Shown here piece after piece: positions 54,091 to 64,000 of a stretch of 64,000 nucleotides of DNA. A model generated the notes under the pieces. That model saw only the letters and a program-made list of their open reading frames with translations. It did not search any database and was not told the DNA's origin. Made by a program: the position numbers and the translations under genes. The first letter of the stretch is position 1. Each line of letters opens with the position of its first letter. The DNA comes from Octopus vulgaris (lineage: Eukaryota), in assembly GCA_951406725.2 (NCBI GenBank), contig OX597821.1, positions 72,912,001 to 72,976,000 on the forward strand, read 5' to 3'.

Positions 54091-54587
54091 TATATGTGTA
54101 TGCATATCTATGTAAACAACGCGTATTTTTGTATGTGTTCGTAAGATTGTATGTATTTATTATTTATGTGGAATGTATATCTTGGTGCACACGTAGGTTT
54201 TTGTACGTGTGTTCAGATATAATAAATATGAGTAAATTTGTGACAAAATATGATTACACACACACACGCGCATGCAAACCAATGAGGACTGCACCAACAT
54301 CACACACGTATTATGTATCTCAGTATGTGTGATTGTATTGAGTAGGTATTGCGTATGGAGTGCACTGCGACGCGTATCAAAGACACACTTTTCGACAATT
54401 AATATGAAACGATATTTACATCTTGAAGTATTTCATATCAAAGACAAAATACTTAGAAAGTCATATCATTAGTGAAATTATCAGGAGAGACTTTGAGAGA
54501 ATCTAACGATCACAGCAGTAAAGAATCAGCAGGAGGTGAGCAAAAAGAAAATTACTATTATCTCCCCACCACTCTCCTCCTCACTCT

Positions 54588-54639
<52 letters not shown>

Positions 54640-54691
54640 CTATCTGTCTGTCTGTCTATCTATCTATCTTACATGCAAGGATATAAATATA

Positions 54692-54819
<128 letters not shown>

Positions 54820-54822
54820 TGC

Positions 54823-54865
<43 letters not shown>

Positions 54866-57361
54866 TGTATGTATGCATGTATGTAAGTATGTATATATTA
54901 AATGTATATATAAAATTAATAGAGACATAAGCAGTGTTAATACCAACAGGTAATAATAGATAATATTTACCTCCACTTAAAAGTGATTGTTGTTTTAGAA
55001 CACAGAATACTGCGCTAGTTAGCACGAGTGTGTGTGAGTGTGTGTATGTGTGTGAGTGTATGTGTGTGAGTGTATGTGTGTGTAAGTGTATGTGTGTACG
55101 TGTATGTGCGTGTGTATTAGTGGATGTAGTACTCTGCCGGTCAGTTATACGCTTTAAAGAATAGTTTCCCATTCCCCACCCCTCCTGATGGTGACATTTC
55201 ATTCATTCATCAACTTTGAGTTCTGAAATTCAATCAAGTTCATCAAATATGTTTGCAAATATCACGTAAAGGGATTTAATACCATATTATTAGTTTTCAG
55301 GGGGTAAAACGGCCATGATGGAGTTGCATAATTTCAGTGAAGTTGAAATACAACAAAGCATAAAAAAAAAAATCAAGGAAAATTTCTGATGCTTTTTGTC
55401 TTTTTTCTTCTTGAAGTTATCCAAGCATTTAGCAACTTTCGCTTCACTTGGAAAATTGATAAATTTTCTCTATTCAAATAACAACTGCACAGCAGTCTCA
55501 TATCCAAAGGATTCAACGCCTAAAGCCCTTTTCAAACTGTGTGTGTTCCTTTGAAAACTCATTGGTACACCACCATCGTCCGTCCTACCATATATGGAAC
55601 GACAAACAACGCAGCAAAAGAATGCAAATTGCTTCTACTGAAGACCAGTTTTTTTTTGGTTGTACCATTAGAAGAAAGTATCATGTACATACATCAAGTA
55701 CCTTTCTTTCTACGTTTGCTTTTCCATAAAATGGGAAGTTCAAGTTTGTTCCAAGATCTCAGAATAGTCAATAGTAAAATTAGCCCCACTCGTAATTAGA
55801 CATGCTTTATAACTGAAAGCATGAGGTTCAGTTTGCTGCAACAGAAGCTTCTGTATCAGAAACAGATAAGAGTCTTAGAGTGCTTTTTACTATGCTGTTA
55901 AAATGTCTATGAAATTTGCAGTCCGTTACAGCTTTGGATCAAATATTGTGGTGACCTTGCTGAATATTTCAAGCATCAAGTTCAAAAGATGTACCCGTAC
56001 ATGGAAATAATTTCTATAAGAAGTCGACAAGCAGCCTCCTCCGACAAGAGCAAGGGCCAACAAAAATGGCCAACAAAAATATGTTTTGCTTCAGCTTTAC
56101 TGAATTCAATGTTGATATAAGAATAAAATATATCAGTAATAATGAACAGAAACTCAGAGTGGATCAGTGGGAAGCCTTTTCAGCTATTTTACGCGGTTTA
56201 CAAGAAGATTTAATTTACATCGTTGATGTTCATAGTGTAACCTGAACGCTGTTACCGATCAGTATATTACTTCCCAAAGTTATTCAAAATGACGGTATAA
56301 CTTTTATAACTAATCTTTTAGGTATCCCCCACCCTTCCTTTGTAGTAGCTGCATAGCCTATCCTCTTTTCAAATGCCTCTTGATTTTGGATACAAATGAT
56401 GTATCCTGTTTGCTACATGGTCAAACAAATGGGAACCGGATATGATCTTTAGAAATGCTACATGGTTGTCTGAAATGAATGCACTGTGATACACAAGATA
56501 ACGTTGGAGGTCCTGATTAGAATATCGGAGAACTTGTGTGACAATGGATCTGATATGGAATAGTAGCGGTGCTGAAGACCCTACCAAAAGGATCCGATAA
56601 CATTGTTGCTTGCTCCCAAAAAGAACAAAATTCGAAAATTCATGTTTGCTGTAAATCGTCATCAGTTAAAATCTTCAAACTGTTCTGAGAAAAAAAAATG
56701 AAAGCCAATCTGATTGAAAATAAGCTGTTTGGCATTTTGCCAAAAAGTTGGCAAGAGATTTCGTTCCGGAAGTAATAGTACAATGGACCCAGCTCCTATA
56801 ATCGAGTGGTTAACAGGACAAAGAAGTTGATGTCGAGAATGTTCTCTTAGCCGTAGCGTTATTACCCAACACATGAGTGGCTGCGTGGAAAATGTTTGGG
56901 TAACAGCATGTGCAAGGAGATGTAGCAACTAGTTGCAAGAAATAGTCATACACATACACACACACACACACACACAGAGGAAAGGCAAGAAGAAGGACAA
57001 AAAAGAAAAATAGAGGAAAAAGAAAGAGAAGGAAGAAAAGGAAAGACATCTTGAAATGTCATTAAGCCTCGGCCACCTGTTAATCACAGACCATCCACAA
57101 ATATATTCTTTCTTTCTTTCTTTCTTTTCTCTTTTCTGTCTTCTCTTTCTGCTTCTCTTTCCTTCTTTCCTCTTTTCTCTTTCTCCTTTTCTAAACAAAA
57201 AACATGCTTTTTCGATTTGTATAAAAGGCAAAGGAATTTTCTGTATATCGTATCTGAAGAGTTTCTATGGCTGGGACGAAGATGCTAATAAAGGATTATT
57301 CAAAACCTTTTTTTCTTAATATGTAAAATCTGTACCACCCTTCAGACAATCTGTCTGTCTG

Positions 57362-57392
<31 letters not shown>

Positions 57393-57444
57393 GTCTGTCT
57401 GTCTGTCTGTCTGTCTGTCTCCCACTCTCTCTCTCTCTCTCTCT

Positions 57445-57507
<63 letters not shown>

Positions 57508-57567
57508 TATTTTTTTGTATTTTGTATATGTCTACCAGTGCGCTCAGAAATGCTTCTATACTACTTG

Positions 57568-57655
<88 letters not shown>

Positions 57656-58216
57656 AAAGAGAGATGCATACATACACACACATAATACATATGGAAACGA
57701 AATACAAAAATGAGAAAAATCTGATTCGGAATTAAGAGCCGACGAGACATTGTTATGAAGCAAAACGGTGACAGCCAACTCATGAACAATGCATGGCACT
57801 TGTTGCAACGTGCAAAAGACCTTGATGCTGTTAGAAATCTTTTATTGCGACTATCATTCCGAATGATAAAGAGGATTTTGCTCTAAGGCAATAATAAAGA
57901 GGTGAATACAGTGGAAGGAAAAAGACAAAAAAGATGCGTTCAGTTCAACAAAGGAGACAATAACGATATCTACGACATGAGCAATAAAACCTACATTTGT
58001 ATTGGTGTCTAATAAACAAGCAGACCAATACAGCACTAAGATAAGAAGCTGTCATGTTTTAAGTGTCATTCGATGCGCTTGCAGCGGAAAGCAAGAGATA
58101 TTACACATGAATGACACGAGCATCATCTTGAGAACGTACAATGCTGAAGCTTAGACTACTAACACGATAATTTTTAGCTATGTTTAGGGTGTATTGTTTT
58201 TATTATAAAATAGGTA

Positions 58217-58257
<41 letters not shown>

Positions 58258-58388
58258 CACACATGTACAGCACAGCACAACACAGATGGATGGTTTCATA
58301 ATTGTGAATATATGTAATTTGGGTTTGGATACTATTCCAGACAAAATAATATTGTTATTTTACGAGAAAGAAACTCCCTCTCTCTCTG

Positions 58389-58481
<93 letters not shown>

Positions 58482-58509
58482 TACACTTATATATACATAT
58501 ATTTATATA

Positions 58510-58700
58510 TTAGGTTGATGCATGATTATTGCGGCTTTTTTTCAATAAATCTTTATTCAACAAAAAATTTAAATAAAGCTCCAAACAGAAATTGAAGGAG
58601 ATGGTGAATAGGCTCCGGAATAATCATTTAAAGATGTTTTTGTTAGATGTTGTTATTGCTTTTGTTGGAAGAAAGTCGCAATAATTATTCACCAACCTAA
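58510..58700. mobile_element. 191-bp mariner-type MITE, TA TSD
   Basis: TIRs TTAGGTTG(A/G)TG.AT.ATTATTGCG.CTTT at both ends, flanked by TA. Confidence 0.85.
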
Positions 58701-58719
58701 TACATAGATGTGTGTGTAT

Positions 58720-58801
<82 letters not shown>

Positions 58802-59375
58802 TATATACAAGGTTGTCTGGTGTTTCTGTAGTTTCGAACATGTAGAAATGATTTTTGTTGAAAATAAATGAATTTATAGTAAACCTTAGTGTTATTTATA
58901 TGTAATTACAGTTGCTGTTTTTTTTTTACTGTAGCTTGGTCACGTGTGGAAATTGAATTGAATCGAATCGAATTGGTCGGAACTGTGTTTAGTGATAATT
59001 TTAATTTCCTGCCTTATGAAAATCTCTTCTTTATATTTTACTTTATACATTTTATTGTAATATATTCCAGATTGTAAATATCACTCCTTTACTCTATTAC
59101 TTGTTTCAGTCATTTGACTGCGGTCATACTGGAGCACCTTGTAACTATATACTAAATTGGTGTGCAACATACACAACAGAAGTTTTGTTTTTTTAACAGT
59201 TTTCTCTGGCAAGAATTTCCAGTCGGCATGCGATTGGTGTTCTAATGAAAACACGTCTGCCTCGTCCAACACGTGACCATGCAACACAGAATATTTCAAT
59301 GGCATTTATGGAAATATGTGGATCATTGTATCTTTTTGTATGATGGCATCACCATTTTTAGTTTGAACCGGTAGC

Positions 59376-60130
59376 TGACAAGGTCATTATAAAGATCCCC
59401 ACCCGGGAACAAAAATAAATAAATAAATAACCAGCCTGGTGGGTGTTAATACATGTGTGGCAAACGAATATGAAAAAACAAATGCGCACTGACGACCCTG
59501 AGGGTAGGGAGGGGACTTTCGGAAAATTCACAAGATCCGATTTTTCCATCATAAATTGGGGTAAAATAGATATATATTGATTATTATTTTTTTTACGGAA
59601 TCCCACGTTTTTGGTTATGGAGGATCCGACTCTGAAAAAAAAAAATTCAAAAATCGCATTTTCAAAATTTCATTATGTCATTGCAGTTTTGGGAGATTTG
59701 GCTGTTATTTCTAGTATGTGGAGAACCTGTTTGAAGGCCTGAGGGTATATATAGATTTTTCTTGTTGAAAAATTGAAATTTTATAATTTTTTTTCAGAAT
59801 CGTAATCTTCGTATTTTTTTCGTATGTCGCAAAAAAAAAAAAAAAAAAAAAGAATCCAGAAAAAGTGAAAAATGAAGTGGTTAAAATTTTGAAAATGCGA
59901 TTTTTGAAAATTTTTTTTTTTCAGAACCGATTCCGTAAAAACAAGCATCAATATCTATCTATTTTACCCGAAGTTATGACGGAAAAATCGGATCTTGTGA
60001 ATTTTCCGAAAGTCAAGGGTTGTTAGCGCATTTTGTTTTCATATTCGTTTTCCTCACACTTGTTAACACACCCCAGGCTGGTTAATTTTTTTTTGTTCCC
60101 GGGTGAAGGTCTTTACATTGACCGCTGACA
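59376..60130. mobile_element. Foldback/MITE-like element with ~270-290-bp inverted arms
   Basis: CACCCGGGAACAAAAA..AACCAGCCTGG..GACTTTCGGAAAATTCACAAGATCCGATTTTTCC..TCAAAAATCGCATTTTCAAAATTT mirrored at 59884-60130. Confidence 0.85.
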
Positions 60131-61299
60131 ATTGTCTCCAAATGAAATAAAATATCTCTATTAAGCGCAACTATTGGTGGAAAGTTTTTTGCCGTCGTCT
60201 TAATAAAGACATTTCTTTGAGTCACGCGTTCAACACACCAACAAGTGTATTCTTTGGAATGACCAGCAGAATTTGCCAGAAACCACAAGAAACACAAGAT
60301 GCTACTTCACTGAAAGATTTCAGTTTTTACTGTAATGAATAGTATCATTTGTGAAAGAAACAGTTAAATCAGTTCTGAGAGTGCAACATACAGCACCACT
60401 AGAACCGCTGCTGCATGCAATGTATGCCTATCTTTTATCTTCAAAATAAAGTACTCAATACGGGTTTTCGTACGATTTCTAAAGCTTTATATAATGACGA
60501 ATACACCGTGAAGAATACATCTTTCCCTATGTCGTTATGTCCTTTCTTTATGTCACCAGTAAAAGAGTGCTCGGTGCCGAGGCAGAGGTTATATAAGGGA
60601 TATACAAATGATTATATATAAATGATTATGATTATGATTATAAGATCTTAGGTTCGATTCCTGGGTTAGGTGGTGCGTTATGTCCTTGGGCAAGGCATAG
60701 CATTTTACGCCGCTCCCCTTTACGGAGCTAAAAATGTGTAACGAAAAATTTTAATTAAGGAATCGTAAGATTCTGTTCTGAAGAGCTATACATACATACA
60801 CGCACGCATACACACATACATACACATACACATGCATACATACATATATATATATGTATGTGTGCGTAGAACTTTATGTTTTTCTAGAGAGAATCGATTC
60901 TTTGACGACCCACGGTTGATTGATATTTTTTTAAAAATTTCATTTCCCGTCCTTTTGTTAATACATTTGTCAATGAAACGAGAAACAATTACCTCTGTCG
61001 CAATGATAAATGCAGGAATAATAAAATGCGCCACTGTTTTATTATTTCTCTCCGATACCAAAAGTGTCAGACTGGACTAATTGAAGTAGAGAATAGGACA
61101 AAATACTTTGAGATACTCGGTTATAGTCTTATACATTATCAGTTCAATCCCCGCTGAGGATAGTTTCGTCTTTTTCCTTCGGGTCAACTAACAAAAGACC
61201 ACTTCAGTTCCTCCGAGGTCAATATAATTCCTTCACCCAATATATACTCTTTTATTCTTTTACTTGTTTCAGTCATTTGACTGCGGTCATGATGTAGCA

Positions 61300-61359
<60 letters not shown>

Positions 61360-61857
61360 TAAAAGGCCTCCAAATAAAGAAGCGAGTGCTAGATACACAA
61401 AAAGGGGATAAATTCATAAAATGGAATGAAAATCAAAAACGTTTACCACCTCAGCTAATCCTGTACTGCAGTTTCATCTTTTTTTTTAGCAAATGAATAG
61501 AATTAATCTGCCAAGGCCAGACTCGTCAGCAGGAAGCCTTTGTAATCCCAGCTGTACATACCGTTGGAAGTACGTGCAAATCCAACGATCTGTATACCCT
61601 AACTTTTCAGACCAGTTCACAGACGCAAATTATACCCGGCGAACAGAGAGAATGCCGGTAAAAATTTACGAGCAAATTTATCGAGCAATATTTAAACATA
61701 GTGAATAGGGTAATAAAAATAAATTATTATTACCAGTGACCTAGCAGTCTGGCTGCTTTTCCGTGTAAATTTATTTTTGTTTTTACACTATACTACGAAA
61801 TCCGCACTACGTTTTCGTGCGCCACCCTGTATATTGTCTCCCTCCCTCCCTCCCTCC

Positions 61858-62005
<148 letters not shown>

Positions 62006-62410
62006 ACACACAAATGTCTCTCTCTATATGTATAAAACCATTGTTATATGTGATACTCAAGACGGTAATGGTTGACAGTGGTGAGATCGGAGATGACATT
62101 TCCTGGAATAAAACTGTTTTAATTAGTATTATTCATTTGGCATCAAATAGACTTTTGGTCAATAACAAAACCAAACAAGAGAAGGAAAATATAATAAATT
62201 AAGCAAAACTAAATTACGTAAAGAATAACTTTTATTTAATCAGTTAATAAATTACAATTGTGGTTTTAGATTAAAAAACAAAAACTTTCTACTGGAAAAT
62301 AATAGCAAAATGAGATGTTTTGACGGAGAGTTGTGTTATACGAAGCAAAGGAAAGAGAAAAAAGAACATCTAAACAATGGGAATATTTTAAGTACTTTGT
62401 TTGTTAGAGT

Positions 62411-62550
62411 CATTTCACGTTGCTCCAGTCTACTCGGCTGACAAAAGTGAGTATACCTGCGACGGACTGGCGTCCCGTCCCGGTGGGGAATTTCTACGCC
62501 ACTGATACCGGAAAACCGACCCTTGTGAGCCTGGCATGGCTCGAGAAGGA
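62411..62550 (+). mobile_element. V-like SINE, 3' half
   Basis: CCTGCGACGGACTGGCGTCCCGTCCCGG motif and tail as in 9091-9408. Confidence 0.75.
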
Positions 62551-63267
62551 ACATTTTTTGTTAGAGTGGTGAAAGGGGTGGGGGTATATTATCTGACTCT
62601 GAAGAGAAACGGTCGAATAAGCCCTTCGCTATGCTGTTACATGCCTTGCGTTTGTACTTCAAGTCTCGGCAGAGCTCGTCTTTATCATTCCGTTTTTTTA
62701 TTACTAAGCAGTTCCCCAGTTCTTGCAATCATTTCGGTTTCTTCTCACATCTCCTGTAGTTTCAGCGTGATTCCTACGCATTCTCGCCGCTGGAACTCAA
62801 GGATTTTCAATAGCTCTTTTCTTCAGACTTACATTTCATAATACTGTTTAAGGACTGCGCAACTCCTTACAAGACTGCTGTAGCTGTTAACAGCAGAAGC
62901 TTTTCACCGACTTTTTACTGCTAAACCGTCTTCTGGCATCAAGAGCCGGTAGATTTTGCTAAGGAGGAAATTTCTCCAAGATAGGTTACCATTAATGGCT
63001 GAATCTTGGCTGCTCTTGATCTTAGTCCGTGGCTGGGGTTGTAGTTGAGTGACATTAAAGCATGTTCACGTAAAGGTGGGCCAGTGCGCCTACCTCGCAG
63101 GGTTGACTGCTGCTCCGATGTCCCTTATAGTTTAACATAGGGATGTAAGGTACCTCTGTGCGGCCACGACAAGTCACTGTAAGGAGTCTTGGCGGTAGAG
63201 AGTTTGTGTTCGGGCAGAAGGAGTCTTATGTATTCTGTTCTTTTCGCCCCTACCAAATGGATTAGAT

Positions 63268-63555
63268 TAATGGTTCCCAAAGTAGGAGTTACTGCCCCCG
63301 TGGGGAGGCGGAAAGATCCAGGGTTTGTTGAAGAAAAGTGGGGATGATAATGAAGTGGCCATAAGGGGGCGGTGGATGTAAAGAAAAACAACAAAACAAT
63401 GGGTTGTTTTATTTGTGAAAATAGTTGTTTTGAATTTGCTTTCGAAAGTGATCAATGTTTGTGGAAGTGAGTAGGGAGGGGGAACACTAGGAATATGGTG
63501 TTGATGCCAAGTTGGGTGGGGGTGGCAACAACCTGAGAAAGTTTGGGAACCACTT
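63268..63555. mobile_element. hAT (Charlie-like) MITE with 8-bp TSD
   Basis: Ends TAATGGTTCCCAAA / TTTGGGAACCACTT; TSD GATTAGAT (63260-63267) and GATTAGGT (63556-63563) with central TA. Confidence 0.75.
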
Positions 63556-64000
63556 GATTAGGTGATGGCAGCAGTTAAAAGAAGCGAGTAGCAAGTATTT
63601 GTAATGGCCACAAGTACTAAATACAAGCATTAATTACCCCAGTTCTACTGTTCGGACACTTTATGTAGAAGCAGGTCGAACGCCTGCTTAGGTCCTTCCT
63701 GCTTTACAATTCCTTGACTGAATGTTCAGGTTGCATCAAGTCAACGTCGAAAGATGTGAAGCGTCGGCATTTCTTTAGCTTTTGTTTCGCTTTGAGACAT
63801 CAAAATTCTTGCATTCTCTCACCAACACCGTTCAACTCCTCAACTTGACAAATTTGGGAAACTTTTGCTTAGAGTTCATATTTTTTTGTGCAGATGTTGT
63901 AGTTGCAGCTAATTTAATCCTATCAATGGTTCGTTTGTTTAGTTGTCTCGAGATTCTTTATTTTTGTTTATTTTCAGAAGTGACTGATTAGATTAAAATG

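Larger units (their letters stand above)
55400..60600 (+). pseudogene. Possible ancient Academ-type transposase relic split by later insertions
   Basis: Colinear + strand motif remnants: DETLL...TMHGT...VQ (about 57740-57815); LPRPTRDHATQNISM (about 59255-59305); RECNIQHH...CMPIFYLQNK (about 60378-60450). Confidence 0.35.

Noticed and set aside
61810-61830. Solo Tc1/mariner-like terminus CAGGGTGGCGCACGAAAA next to TA
   Set aside because: No partner TIR found in the window.
62570-63200. Possible LINE 5'/ORF1 relic on the minus strand
   Set aside because: Composition is suggestive only; no diagnostic motif identified.

Overview
AT-rich, microsatellite-saturated eukaryotic DNA, intergenic or intronic. 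The SINE families and repeat mix point to a coleoid cephalopod, probably Octopus (inference from repeat families). No intact host gene is evident, and most ORF-track entries are (TA)n/(TG)n/(ATT)n artefacts. The window is a nested set of decayed mobile elements: (1) a near full-length, frameshifted Penelope-like element (RT + Cys knuckle + GIY-YIG, 36.2-40.1 kb) whose terminal direct repeats carry a hammerhead-like motif; (2) several more Penelope-type pLTR remnants in (TA)n runs, including a 351-nt hammerhead-containing unit in tandem plus inverted arrangement (44.85-45.49 kb); (3) many R4/Dong-type LINE fragments inserted in (TAA)n or (TACA)n; (4) three very similar copies of a ~550-bp non-tRNA, (TAA)n-associated retroposon-like element; (5) tRNA-derived SINEs with Nin/Deu-, V/Meta- and CORE-like cores; (6) a full-length IR/DR Tc1 (DD34E) pseudo-element, a DD34D mariner, pogo/Tc2-, mariner- and hAT-type MITEs and long-TIR foldback elements; (7) a possible very old Academ transposase split over about 5 kb. 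Two inverted duplications of local sequence are centred on (TA)n runs. One possible host terminal exon encoding a TM helix lies at about 1.57-1.87 kb. All alignments and folds were done by eye; no database search was run.
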